NCBI GenBank assembly: GCA_963802145.1
Contig: CAWDHN010000012.1
Coordinates: forward strand, 291,567-355,566
DNA from: an uncultured Rikenellaceae bacterium
GTDB lineage: Bacteria > Bacteroidota > Bacteroidia > Bacteroidales > VadinHA17
DNA: 64,000 bases
Direction of reading: 5' to 3'
Position numbers and translations under genes: made by a program. The notes below the pieces were generated by a model. It did no database searches and was not told the DNA's origin. It saw nothing but the letters and a program-made list of their open reading frames with translations. Shown here piece by piece: positions 49,186 through 59,404 of the stretch. Each line of letters starts with the position of its first letter. Positions within the stretch are counted from its first letter, which is position 1.

Positions 49186-50817
49186 ATGTCAAGAAACCTG
49201 AGAGGACTGTCTGCCAGGAAGGGTGTGGCGGACGGTCTGTATGACGAGGTTGTCAGGGCTGCGGGCACCGGGGAAGCGTCCACGGACGAGAGGCTTATTT
49301 CAGTGGCCGGGGACTTTATGACAGGCCATGCCGCCGTTTTGGGAACCAGCTCTTTCTATGATTTTCTGAGGAAGGATCACCTTGGTAAGAAGGTCTTCGT
49401 ATGTGATGGCACGGCCTGTCTTACATCGGGAAGGCAGGAGGGTCTCAGACGCAGCCTGGCGGAAAACTACGCCGATCATGAGATTGGGGTTGTGACCTGC
49501 CTGGGCCACTGCCACTCCAACGATGCCTTCATGGTCAACGGTGAGATACGCGTCTCCGGCGGTGATGGCACCCCCCCTGCGATGCGGACCGGCTCCAATG
49601 CTGACAGGCCTGCCCTGCTGGTGCCCACCGGTGATCTGAAGGAATACTATTCTCTTGCGGAAAAATGGCGTTCCGATACCGGATCCGCCCTGAAGGAGCT
49701 GGAGCTGTCGGGCCTCAGGGGGCGCGGCGGTGCCGGGTTCCCGTACCATCTGAAGGTCAGGTCGTCACGTGACGCCAGGGCTGACCGCAAGTACATTGTG
49801 TGCAATGCTGACGAGGGTGACCCCGGAGCCTTCTCTGACAAGTGGCTCCTTGAGGAGCGCCCTCACTCCGTCCTCTTCGGGATGCTTATGACTGGCATAA
49901 TCACCGGGGCCGACACAGGGGTGGTGTATATCAGGGGTGAATATCCCCTTGCCGTGAGAAAAACGAGGGAGGCCGTAAGGCAGCTTGAAGAAGCCGGCAT
50001 CACTGAGGGCTCCTCCGGCGAGGCATCGTTCAGCTTCCGCTTTCATGTGGTGGAAGGATCGGGAGCATATATCTGCGGAGAGGAGACCTCGCTGCTCAAC
50101 TCCCTTGAGGGACTGAGGCCCGAGGTGCGTACCCGTCCGCCCTTTCCTGCAGTATATGGCCTCTTTGGAATGCCCACGGTGCTGAGCAATGTTGAGACAT
50201 TCGCAAACATACATTATATATTAAAGGAAAGCGGCAGCGTCTATGCCGCCCTCGGCACGGAGAAGTCGCCCGGCACCAAGCTGGTGTCACTCGACGGCGC
50301 CTTTAACAGGCCCGGACTGCTCGAGGTGAGGATGGGCACACCGCTCAGGACGGTGATAGACGAGATGGGAGGAGGAACACGATACCCCGTCAAGGCGTTC
50401 CAGATAGGGGGACCGCTGGGAGGACTGGTGCCGGCAACAAAGGTCGGTGACCTGACCCTCGATTTTGAGTCGTTCAGCAGGGAGGGGTTCCTGCTGGGCC
50501 ATGCCGGAATTGTATCAGTGCCGGTCGACTTTCCCGTCATTAAACTGCTGGAGCATCTCTTTGAGTTTACCAAAAAGGAGTCATGCGGGAAATGCTTCCC
50601 ATGCCGTATCGGGTCGGTACGCGGCCATGAACTTCTGAGTGAAGCGGCAGAGAAGGGTGAAAAGATCGACAGGCAGCTCTTTGACGATCTCCTGGAGACG
50701 ATGCAGCTTGGATCGCTCTGCGCCCTGGGTGGGGGATTGCCGCTGCCGGTAAGAAATGCGTTGCAGTGGTTCAGCGATGAACTTGAAGGTTACTTCACAT
50801 CAAAGGAGGCAAAGTGA
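49186..50817 (+). CDS. NAD-dependent formate dehydrogenase beta-type subunit (NuoE-like 2Fe-2S domain fused to a NuoF-like FMN/NAD/4Fe-4S domain)
   Basis: Thioredoxin-like 2Fe-2S cysteines (VCDGTACL..CLGHCH). NuoF signatures (GLRGRGGAGFPYHLK, YIVCNADEGDPGAF, YICGEETSLLNSLEG). 4Fe-4S motif (ESCGKCFPCRIG..SLCALG). Confidence 0.85.
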   Translation: MSRNLRGLSARKGVADGLYDEVVRAAGTGEASTDERLISVAGDFMTGHAAVLGTSSFYDFLRKDHLGKKVFVCDGTACLTSGRQEGLRRSLAENYADHEIGVVTCLGHCHSNDAFMVNGEIRVSGGDGTPPAMRTGSNADRPALLVPTGDLKEYYSLAEKWRSDTGSALKELELSGLRGRGGAGFPYHLKVRSSRDARADRKYIVCNADEGDPGAFSDKWLLEERPHSVLFGMLMTGIITGADTGVVYIRGEYPLAVRKTREAVRQLEEAGITEGSSGEASFSFRFHVVEGSGAYICGEETSLLNSLEGLRPEVRTRPPFPAVYGLFGMPTVLSNVETFANIHYILKESGSVYAALGTEKSPGTKLVSLDGAFNRPGLLEVRMGTPLRTVIDEMGGGTRYPVKAFQIGGPLGGLVPATKVGDLTLDFESFSREGFLLGHAGIVSVPVDFPVIKLLEHLFEFTKKESCGKCFPCRIGSVRGHELLSEAAEKGEKIDRQLFDDLLETMQLGSLCALGGGLPLPVRNALQWFSDELEGYFTSKEAK

Positions 50818-53565
50818 TGGAAAACACAGCATATATCGATAACAAGCCATACCCGGTGGTTGCGGGTGAGACAATACTTGAGTTTGTACGGAGGATCAGG
50901 GGCCGGGAGGTCATCCCCACGCTATGCCAGGCTGATAACCTTGAAAACTACGGGTCATGCAGGATCTGCTCCGTAGAGGTGGCTCTGAAGGAGGATGGTC
51001 CCGGCAGGGTGATGGCATCATGCCATACGCCGGTGGCACCGGGATACTATATCTACCCCTCCACGGAAAAAATCAGGAGGCTGAGACGGAATATCCTCGA
51101 GCTCGTCCTCTCGGAATACCCGGCTGACAAGCTCAGGCCGGACCCCGGCATGCTCCCGACGGAGTTTCAGGAGGTGGTGGCCGCCGCCGGCACTCCCGAG
51201 GTGAGATACCCCCGTTCGGTTGCTCAATATGAGAACGACAGGAGCCATCCATATATATGGTCCGACCTCACGGAATGCATTAAATGCTACAGGTGCGTCA
51301 GGGCCTGTGATGAGTTGCAGGCAGAGCACGTGCTGGGAATAAATGGCAGGGGCCATGAGAGCCGCATAATCAAGGGCTTTGACCGCTCTTTCCGCGAATC
51401 GCCGTGCGTTTCATGCGGCGCATGCGTTCAGACCTGTCCCACCAATGCCCTGTCAGACAGGTATTCGACGAAGACACTCGCTGCAGACAGCATTGTACGG
51501 ACCACATGTACCTATTGCGGCGTGGGATGCAACCTGGAGGTCAAGGTGATCGACGGCCGGGTGAGGGGTATCCAGGCCCCGCTTGACGGTGCAACAAACA
51601 GAGGTCATACCTGCGTCAAGGGGAGGTTCGCATTTGAATTCTATAACCATCCTGAAAGACTGCGCTCACCCCTGGTAAGGAAGAACGGGATACTCACGGA
51701 GGTGACATGGGATGAAGCGTATGACTATACGGCACAGGAGGTTCAGGGAGATAAAGGAGAAGCACGGACCGGATGCCCTGGCGGGGATCTCCTCGGCACG
51801 ATGCACCAATGAAGAGAACTACCTGATGCAGAAGTTTTTCAGGATCGTGATCGGGACAAACAACATCGACGGCTGCGCGCGGGTATGCCATGCGCCCACG
51901 GCGATGGGCATGCAGTGGGCCTACGGCACAGGTGCGGCAACCAATTCAATCGACGAGTTATATAAGACCGGCTGCATACTGATTATCGGAGCCAACCCGT
52001 CGGCGGCACACCCTGTCACCGGGGCGCGCATAAGGGCGCTGGTTGAGTCAGGGATACCACTTATCGTTATTGACCCCCTGAAGATCGAACTCGCCAGGCT
52101 GGCAAAATACCATCTGCAGATCAACCCGGGCACCAACGTTGCTGTACTGAACATGTTCGCTTACTATATCCTCACCGAAGGTCTCCTTGACGAGGAGTTC
52201 ATCAAGTCGCGTACCGAGGGGTGGGAGGAGTTCAGGCGATACCTGCAGGCACTTGATCTGGATGACCTTGAAAGGGTGTGCGGCGTAGACCGTGAGCTGG
52301 TGAGGGCTGCTGCCACAGAGTACGGCACGGCACATGCGGCAATGGAGTTTCATGGCCTGGGTGTGACGGAACACTGGCAGGCCACCAAGGCGATAACACT
52401 CATCTCGAATATTGCCATGATGACCGGCAATATAGGCAGGGAGGGAGCCGGCGTTAACCCGCTGCGCGGACAGAATAATGTGCAGGGAGCAGCAGACATG
52501 GGCGTACAGCCACACCAGGGAGCAGGTTACCTTGATGTCACTGATCCGGCAAACATAGCAACCTATAATGCCTATTACGGGGCAGAGCATCCATCCGTGC
52601 CGGGTTACAGGATCCCGGAGATGTTCGCTGCCGCCGGCAGGGGAGACCTGAAGGCTCTGTGGATCATGGGAGAGGATATAGTGCAGACTGACCCTAACAC
52701 CTGTCATGTGAAGAGCTCTCTCCAGGAGCTTGATTTCCTTGTGGTACAGGAGCTTTTCATGACCGAGACGGCCCGGATAGCAGACGTGATATTCCCTGCA
52801 TCGTCGTTCCTTGAGAAGGAGGGGACCTTCACCAACGGTGAGCGCCGGATACAGAAAGTCCAGAAGGTGGTGGAGCCGCTCGCGGGAACCAAACCCGACG
52901 GGCAGATAGTGGTTGACATGATGAACCGTATGGGATACCGGCAGGAGGGATATTCGGCAGATGTAATACTTAAGGAGATAGCAGGCATCGTGCCATTCTT
53001 CAGGGGAGTGAAATGGGATGAGCTGGGCGATAACGGCAAACAGTGGCCTGTCAGGGAAGACGGCACAGACACGAAGATACTACACACTGAGACATTCAAG
53101 AGGGGCAGGGGAAAATTCCATTCATGGGACTTTGACCTTTCGCCGGAGCTCAATGAGAATGCCGGAGTTTACCCTTATATACTAACGACGGGCAGGATCC
53201 TGGAGCATTACAACAGCGGAACAATGACCCGGCGTACCCCGAACAGAGAGCTCGTCACGGAAGACATACTGTTCGTGCATCCGCATGATGCCGGGCTGAA
53301 GGGACTGGTGAGCGGCGACTTTGCAAGGATCTTCTCGGCACGCGGCCTCACCACCATGAAGGTGAAGGTGACTGATGTCGTCAAGCCGGGGGTGATCTAT
53401 ACCACATTCCACTTCCCCGAGGCGGCAATCAACTACCTCACCAGCGGCGTGGGTGATGAGTACACCCTTACTCCCGAGTACAAGGTTGTCGCAGTCGATT
53501 TTGAGAAATCATTATACGGCATATTCAATCGCGCTGAATGCCGTACTGACCTGAAAAATGAATAA
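50814..53565 (+). pseudogene. fdhA: Formate dehydrogenase alpha subunit (2Fe-2S, 4Fe-4S clusters, molybdopterin domains), interrupted by a +1 frameshift near 51735-51741
   Basis: ORFs 50814-51812 and 51712-53565 are the N- and C-parts of one protein. The first carries CQADNLENYGSCRICSV, CIKCYRCVRAC, CVSCGACVQTCP and TCTYCGVGC, and ends ..VTWDEAYDYTAQ before running into out-of-frame sequence. The second frame continues RFREIKEKHGPDALAGISSARCTNEENYLMQKFFR, GCARVCHAPT (Cys, not Sec), then the molybdopterin and C-terminal barrel domains. Removing one nucleotide in caGGagg (about 51738) restores ..DYTAQRFREIKEKHG... The start is GTG 50814 or ATG 50817, the latter sharing one base (50817) with the fdhB-type stop TGA (50815-50817). 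Confidence 0.8.
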
Positions 53566-53688
53566 ATATTGAATGTACCCCCTCAAAAAAGGGGGGTTGA
53601 TATCCAAAAAACATATAAAAGTCAAAAAATACCTCAAAAAATAGGGGGTGTATTCTAAAATGATCTATTTTTACAAAAAAAACAGATC

Positions 53689-55878
53689 ATGGCAGAATTA
53701 CGTTTCAGTGCATTGAAGGAACTCTTCTCAAGAGATACGGTTGAGGTATCAGTACCCAGGGAGACAGTCTCCTCCTATTTTTCAGAGAATGTTTTTGACA
53801 AGGTAAAGATGGAGCGCTATCTGAGCCGGGAGGCTTACAGGGCGGTGATGACGGCGATAGATGAAGGCACTCCCATAAACAGGCAGATAGCAGACCAGGT
53901 GGCAACCGGAATGCAGGCCTGGTCGATGGAGCATGGTGTAACACATTTCACTCACTGGTTCCATCCCCTGACAGACGCCACAGCCGAAAAGCATGATTCT
54001 TTTGTGGGCAGGGGAGAGCGCGGAGCGATCATCGAGATTTTCTCAGGCGAGGTGCTGGTGCAGCAGGAGCCCGATGCCTCAAGCTTCCCCAGCGGCGGAA
54101 TCAGGAACACCTTCGAAGCAAGAGGATATACCGCATGGGACGTATCGTCACCGGCATTCATCGTTGGCAATACCCTCTGTATCCCTACAGTCTTTGTCTC
54201 CTACACCGGTGAGGCTCTCGACTACAAGACGCCGCTGCTGAGGTCCCTGGCTGCACTCGACCATGCTGCCACTGAGGTCTGTCATCTCTTTGACAAGGAT
54301 GTCAAAAAGGTCATTGCAACACTTGGATGGGAGCAGGAATATTTCCTTATCGACGAGGCTCTCTACTACGCTCGTCCTGACCTCATGCTTGCCGACCGGA
54401 CGCTCATGGGGCATCCCTCGTCGAAGGACCAGCAGCTCTCCGACCACTACTTCGGGTCTATCCCGGAAAGGGTGAAGGCCTTCATGAAGGAGTTCGAGTA
54501 TGAAGCATACAAGCTTGGCATACCGGTAAAGACACGACACAATGAGGTTGCACCAAACCAGTTCGAGTGTGCACCGGTATATGAGGAGGCCAATCTTGCC
54601 GTTGACCATAACCAGCTTATCATGGATGTGATGCGCAGGGTGGCGCGGAGGCATAAGTTCAGGGTGCTTTTCCATGAGAAGCCTTTCGCGGAGGTCAACG
54701 GATCAGGCAAGCACAGCAACTGGTCGATGGCAACAGACACAGGTGTCAACCTGCTGTCACCGGGCAAGAACCCGAAGACGAACATGCAGTTCCTCACCTT
54801 CCTGGTGAATGTGGTGAAGGCAGTGAATGACAACCAGGAACTGCTGAGAGCCAGCGTCACCAATGAGAACAACTCATACAGGCTTGGCGGACATGAAGCA
54901 CCTCCCTCAATCATCTCAGTCTTCCTTGGAAGTTATCTCTCCGAAATCCTTGACAACATAGCAAGCAAGGTGAAGGACAAGAAGATGACCCCTCAGGAAA
55001 AAACAGAGATCAAGCTTGGCCTTGGCAAGATACCGGGGATCTTCCTTGACAACACCGACCGCAACCGCACTTCGCCATTTGCCTTCACCGGCAACAGGTT
55101 TGAGTTCAGGGCCGTGGGGTCATCAGCCAACTGCAGCTCCGCCATGATCGTTCTGAATGCGGCAGTGGCCCGACAGCTGAAGGTCTTCACCAGCGAGGTG
55201 AATGCCCTGGTTGACAAGGGAAACAAGAAGGATGATGCAATATTCCAGGTTCTTAAGAAGTGTATCATAGCTTCAAAAAGGATCAGGTTTGAGGGTGACG
55301 GATACAGCGAAGAGTGGCACCGTGAGGCAGCCAGGAGAGGACTCTCCTCCGAGTCGAGCGTGCCAAAGACCCTGAAGTCATATGTCACTGCCTTTTCACG
55401 CGAGACACTCGTTGGCACAGGGGTGCTGAGCGACCGCGAGCTGGAGAGCAGGGTAGAGGTGGAACTGGAAAAATTTACCAAGAAGCTGCAGATCGAATCC
55501 CGGGTACTTGGTGATCTGGCAATCAATCATATCGTCCCTACTGCCGTAAACTACATGACTTCACTGGTCGATAATGTCAGAGGGTTGCGTGAGATATTTG
55601 ACGACAATGAATACATGAGGCTGGCCGGTGCGCGCAAGGAGCTTATTGTCACCATCTCTGATCATATTTCCATGATAAAGAAACTTGTTGCCGAGATGAT
55701 TGAAGAGCGGAGAAAGGCCAATTTAATCGATGACCTTTACAAAAAGTCACTTGCCTACGAGAGCAAGGTAAAGCCCTATCTGGATGAGATCAGGACCCAT
55801 ATCGACAAGCTCGAGCTGGTGGTTGACAACGAATTGTGGCCCCTGCCCAAGTATCGTGAGCTTCTTTTTACGAGGTAA
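53689..55878 (+). CDS. glnN: Glutamine synthetase type III
   Basis: 729 aa, the typical GSIII length. HFTHWFHPLT, SSFPSGGIR, GWEQEYFLID, RHNEVAPNQFE, LFHEKPFAEVNGSGKHSNWS, NRTSPFAFTGNRFEFRAVGSS. Confidence 0.92.
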   Translation: MAELRFSALKELFSRDTVEVSVPRETVSSYFSENVFDKVKMERYLSREAYRAVMTAIDEGTPINRQIADQVATGMQAWSMEHGVTHFTHWFHPLTDATAEKHDSFVGRGERGAIIEIFSGEVLVQQEPDASSFPSGGIRNTFEARGYTAWDVSSPAFIVGNTLCIPTVFVSYTGEALDYKTPLLRSLAALDHAATEVCHLFDKDVKKVIATLGWEQEYFLIDEALYYARPDLMLADRTLMGHPSSKDQQLSDHYFGSIPERVKAFMKEFEYEAYKLGIPVKTRHNEVAPNQFECAPVYEEANLAVDHNQLIMDVMRRVARRHKFRVLFHEKPFAEVNGSGKHSNWSMATDTGVNLLSPGKNPKTNMQFLTFLVNVVKAVNDNQELLRASVTNENNSYRLGGHEAPPSIISVFLGSYLSEILDNIASKVKDKKMTPQEKTEIKLGLGKIPGIFLDNTDRNRTSPFAFTGNRFEFRAVGSSANCSSAMIVLNAAVARQLKVFTSEVNALVDKGNKKDDAIFQVLKKCIIASKRIRFEGDGYSEEWHREAARRGLSSESSVPKTLKSYVTAFSRETLVGTGVLSDRELESRVEVELEKFTKKLQIESRVLGDLAINHIVPTAVNYMTSLVDNVRGLREIFDDNEYMRLAGARKELIVTISDHISMIKKLVAEMIEERRKANLIDDLYKKSLAYESKVKPYLDEIRTHIDKLELVVDNELWPLPKYRELLFTR

Positions 55879-55907
55879 TGATTTGTCATAAATTTTGAGG
55901 TTTATGG

Positions 55908-55935
55908 TGCCCTCCTCCGGGAGGGCATTATTTTT
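55908..55935 (+). terminator. Rho-independent terminator after glnN
   Basis: Perfect 8-bp stem tgccctcc (55908-55915) / ggagggca (55920-55927) with a 4-nt loop, followed by ttattttt. Confidence 0.7.
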
Positions 55936-56026
55936 GCTGTAAGCTCTGCGGTAAGGTAATTATTGGAATGGTGGTACGTTAACATTAATAACAATCATTA
56001 CTTTTGCATAAATTAAGGTATTCAGC

Positions 56027-58003
56027 ATGAATAAACTGTTAATCCTCATATTCTCACTGATCGTATTACTTCCTGCTGCTCTCAGCGCGCAGAAACAAAA
56101 AACGGAGCGTGCTTATTCAGCCTATGAGGCAGGCAGTTACTATGAAGCCATAGACCTCTTCAAGGATGTCTACTCGAAGACGCGTGATAAGCAGGTAAAG
56201 GCTGAGATGGTGTTCATGGTATCAGAATGCTACCGCCTGATCAATGATCCCAAGAATGCCGAGTTGTGGTACAAGAGAGCCGTGAAGTCGGCATTCCCCA
56301 AACCGGAGGCTCAGTACTGGCTTGCCGAGAGTACCAAGAAGCTGGGCCGTTATCCGCAGGCTATCGAGGAGTTCAGAAAATACCGGCAGCTTGTCCCTGG
56401 TGACCCGCGTACCGAACAGCAGATAAGAGCCTGTGAGCTGGCCATGGAATGGCAGGCCTCTCCTGAATCATACAATGTTGAAGAGCTGAAAGATGTCAAC
56501 TCCAGGGACTCTGACTTCAGTCCCTCCTTCGGCCGCGATGACTATGGCCTCTTGTGGTTCACCTCATCGCGTGACGACGCCCAGGGCAATAAGGAGCACG
56601 GAGCCACCGGACAGAGTTTTACTGATATATTCGAGACCCGGCTTGACAAGAAGGGCAAGTGGAGCACCCCCGTGCCGGTTGATTACCTGAACAGTGAGTT
56701 TGAAGACGGTACCCCTTCGTTCTCCTCTGATTTCACCGAAGTATATTTCACCCGCTGTGAGGCAGGCAAGCGCGAGAAAAAGGGATGTGTGATAATGTAT
56801 TCGTCACGCGAGGGCACGCGCTGGTCAGAACCGCAAAAGCTGGAATTGCTTGCAGACTCGCTGGTAGCTGCTCACCCAGCCCTCTCTCCAGACGGACAGA
56901 CACTCTATTTTGTCTCCGATATTCCAGGCGGACTGGGTGGAAAAGACATTTACAGGGCCAGCCGCACCTCTCCGGGCAGCCCGTGGTCACGCCCAGAGAA
57001 CCTCGGAACGGACATCAACACAAGGGGTAATGAGCTCTTTCCCTTCGTCCGTCATGACGGAACCCTCTATTTTGCGTCTGACGGTCACATAGGCATGGGA
57101 GGACTTGACCTGTTCAGGGCGGTACCACAGTCGGGCAGCGGATGGATAGTTCAGAATATGAGACCACCGATAAACAGCCCGTCGGACGACTTCGGCATCA
57201 CCTTCGAACGGGATGCCGAGAAGGGCATCTTCAGCTCATCACGCAAGGGCAGAGGTGTTGATGACATGTATACCTTCGAGATGCCTCCGCTGCTGTTCAG
57301 CATAACGGGCCTCGTCAAGGATGAAAAAAGCGGACAGCCCGTCCAGGGCGCCACCGTTCAGCTCATTGCCAGTGACGGCGCCAACATGCAGACTGAGACA
57401 GGCAATGCCGGCGACTTTAAATTCAGCCTGAGGCCGGAAGTTGATTATATCTTCCTGGCATCCAGGAAGGGATTCCTGAACGGGAAAGAGAAAGAGACAA
57501 CCAGGGGGCAGGACAAGAGCCGCGAATTCATGGCTACCATCCTGCTGACACCGATTGACAGACCCATCGAGCTGCCGAATATCTTCTACGACTTCGGCAA
57601 GTGGGACCTGCGTCCGGAATCGATGGTCTCGCTTGACAAGCTGGTGGAGACACTGAATGACAACCCGAACGTGACCATCGAGCTGATGTCGCACACCGAC
57701 TCGCGTGACACGGAGGAGTTTAACCTCGATCTTTCCCAGAAGAGGGCACAGTCGGTTGTTGACTACCTTATCGGCAAAGGAATCGCCGCTGACAGGCTGA
57801 CAGCCAGGGGATACGGTGAGACCAGCCCGAAGATTGTGGATGCGGCAATCATGCAGGACGCACCCTTCCTGCGCTCCGGAGCCACACTCAGCGAGCAATA
57901 CATCAATTCTCTCGCCAGCGACGAACAGAAGGAGATAGCCCACCAGATCAACCGCCGCACTGAGTTCAGGGTCATGAGAACTGACTATGTTCCCGCACAA
58001 TAG
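56027..58003 (+). CDS. OmpA-family outer-membrane/peptidoglycan-associated protein (TPR, PD40-like repeats, carboxypeptidase-regulatory-like domain, OmpA C-terminal domain)
   Basis: Signal peptide. TPR-like N-terminus. PD40-like segments (PALSPDGQTLYFVSD, VRHDGTLYFASDG). OmpA_C domain (NIFYDFGKWDLRPES, LMSHTDSRDT, LSQKRAQSVVDYL, NRRTEFRV). Confidence 0.85.
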   Translation: MNKLLILIFSLIVLLPAALSAQKQKTERAYSAYEAGSYYEAIDLFKDVYSKTRDKQVKAEMVFMVSECYRLINDPKNAELWYKRAVKSAFPKPEAQYWLAESTKKLGRYPQAIEEFRKYRQLVPGDPRTEQQIRACELAMEWQASPESYNVEELKDVNSRDSDFSPSFGRDDYGLLWFTSSRDDAQGNKEHGATGQSFTDIFETRLDKKGKWSTPVPVDYLNSEFEDGTPSFSSDFTEVYFTRCEAGKREKKGCVIMYSSREGTRWSEPQKLELLADSLVAAHPALSPDGQTLYFVSDIPGGLGGKDIYRASRTSPGSPWSRPENLGTDINTRGNELFPFVRHDGTLYFASDGHIGMGGLDLFRAVPQSGSGWIVQNMRPPINSPSDDFGITFERDAEKGIFSSSRKGRGVDDMYTFEMPPLLFSITGLVKDEKSGQPVQGATVQLIASDGANMQTETGNAGDFKFSLRPEVDYIFLASRKGFLNGKEKETTRGQDKSREFMATILLTPIDRPIELPNIFYDFGKWDLRPESMVSLDKLVETLNDNPNVTIELMSHTDSRDTEEFNLDLSQKRAQSVVDYLIGKGIAADRLTARGYGETSPKIVDAAIMQDAPFLRSGATLSEQYINSLASDEQKEIAHQINRRTEFRVMRTDYVPAQ

Positions 58004-58030
58004 CAGCGGAGGAAGATCTTCATAACCATC

Positions 58031-59200
58031 ATGACTGACAGGTCACGTTACGCAAAAAGAGGTGTCTCATCCGGCAAGGAGGAGGTGCACGCCGCCATCA
58101 GCAGTGTTGATAAGGGACTCTTCCCTCGGGCATTCTGCCGGATCAATCCGGATTTGCTGGGCGGAGACCCCGCGTGGTGCAATATCATGCATGCTGACGG
58201 CGCAGGTACCAAGTCATCACTGGCATATGTATACTGGAAGGAGACGGGAGACATATCCGTATGGAAGGGTATAGCCCAGGATGCCGTGGTGATGAACCTC
58301 GATGACCTACTCTGCGTCGGGGTAACGGATAACATCCTCCTGTCATCTACCATTGGAAGGAATAAAAACCTTATCCCCGGCGAGGTTGTCAAAGCCCTCA
58401 TTGAGGGTACCGAAGAGTTCCTCAGCCGGATGAGGGATGAGGGGATAGGAATATGGTCCACCGGAGGAGAGACGGCTGATGTGGGCGACCTGGTCAGGAG
58501 TGTCATTGTCGATTCCACGGTCACTGCCCGCATGCGGAGAGCCGATGTCATTGACAATGCGAATATCAGGCCGGGTGATGTGATCGTAGGGCTGGCCTCC
58601 TTCGGCCGGACAAGCTACGAGAAGAGTTATAACGGAGGCATGGGCAGCAACGGGCTCACCTCGGCACGGCATGATGTCTTTCATAAATATCTGGCAGCAC
58701 TTTATCCTGAGAGTTTTGACCCGGCTGTGCCAGGATCACTGGTTTATTCCGGCAGCATGAAGCTCACTGACCCGACATCTGTGCCGGGCGTGAATGCCGG
58801 GATGCTGGTACTGTCACCAACACGCACCTACGCCCCGGTGATAAGAAAGGTGCTTGAGGCGATGAGACCTGCCGTGCACGGTATGGTGCACTGCTCCGGA
58901 GGAGGGCAGACCAAGGTCCTTCACTTCATTGACAGGATGCACGTCATCAAGGACAACCTCTTCCCCGTTCCTCCGCTGTTCGATCTCATCCAGAAGAGCT
59001 CCGGCACACCCTGGGAGGAGATGTACCGTGTCTTCAACATGGGTCACCGTATGGAACTGTATGTTGATGAAGCGGATGCTGCGGCAATCATTGAAATTGC
59101 CTCCGGTTTTAATCTTGAAGCACAGATCATCGGTCGTTGCGAATCTTCCCCTTCCGCTAAACTTACAATACGAAGCGGGGTTGGGGAATTCCGCTACTAG
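58031..59200 (+). CDS. purM: Phosphoribosylformylglycinamidine cyclo-ligase (AIR synthase), Bacteroidota long form
   Basis: 389 aa. YAKRGVSSGKEEVHAAI, IMHADGAGTKSSLAYVYWKETGD, DDLLCVG, STGGETADVGDLVR. Closely resembles the Bacteroides PurM as I recall it. Confidence 0.85.
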   Translation: MTDRSRYAKRGVSSGKEEVHAAISSVDKGLFPRAFCRINPDLLGGDPAWCNIMHADGAGTKSSLAYVYWKETGDISVWKGIAQDAVVMNLDDLLCVGVTDNILLSSTIGRNKNLIPGEVVKALIEGTEEFLSRMRDEGIGIWSTGGETADVGDLVRSVIVDSTVTARMRRADVIDNANIRPGDVIVGLASFGRTSYEKSYNGGMGSNGLTSARHDVFHKYLAALYPESFDPAVPGSLVYSGSMKLTDPTSVPGVNAGMLVLSPTRTYAPVIRKVLEAMRPAVHGMVHCSGGGQTKVLHFIDRMHVIKDNLFPVPPLFDLIQKSSGTPWEEMYRVFNMGHRMELYVDEADAAAIIEIASGFNLEAQIIGRCESSPSAKLTIRSGVGEFRY

Positions 59201-59283
59201 TCCTCAGTCTTCAGTCTTCAGTCTTCAGTCCTCAGTCAATCAGCATGTTACGACTGGTGACTGCCGATTGCCGACTGCCGACT
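59199..59283. repeat. Heptad-periodic interrupted hairpin element, copy 1
   Basis: Left arm 59199-59237 is (AGTCYTC)x5.5. The loop is about 59238-59249 (aatcagcatgtt). Right arm 59250-59283 is (CGACTGS-like)x5. Each heptad offers CAGTC/GACTG pairing (5 bp) separated by 2-nt mismatches. It starts at the purM stop codon. Confidence 0.85.
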
Positions 59284-59404
59284 TATCCTCCCCTGCAATC
59301 TGGCTGCTCGCGGCCATGACCCACTGGGTCATTGCTCTCCGCTCGCCCCTCTATTGACTATTGCCTTAGAATAATTACCTTTGCAGCCTGAAATTTGGCA
59401 AGTA

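Noticed and set aside
51810-51812. The TGA ending ORF 50814-51812 as a selenocysteine codon of formate dehydrogenase
   Set aside because: The conserved FdhA sequence continues in a different frame, not through this TGA. The catalytic position reads Cys (GCARVCHAPT) in the downstream part. The break is a frameshift, not Sec recoding.
45532-58000. Long ORFs on the opposite strand or in alternative frames, e.g. 57239-58000 (253 aa), 52048-52707 (219 aa), 46184-46807 (207 aa), 44431-44967, 54148-54675 and 59480-60007
   Set aside because: Each lies entirely within, or antisense to, a gene with strong family signatures (OmpA-family, fdhA, MTHFR, xylA, glnN, prfA). Their sequences are low-complexity and Arg/Ser/Pro-rich, as expected from stop-poor antisense frames of GC-rich coding DNA.
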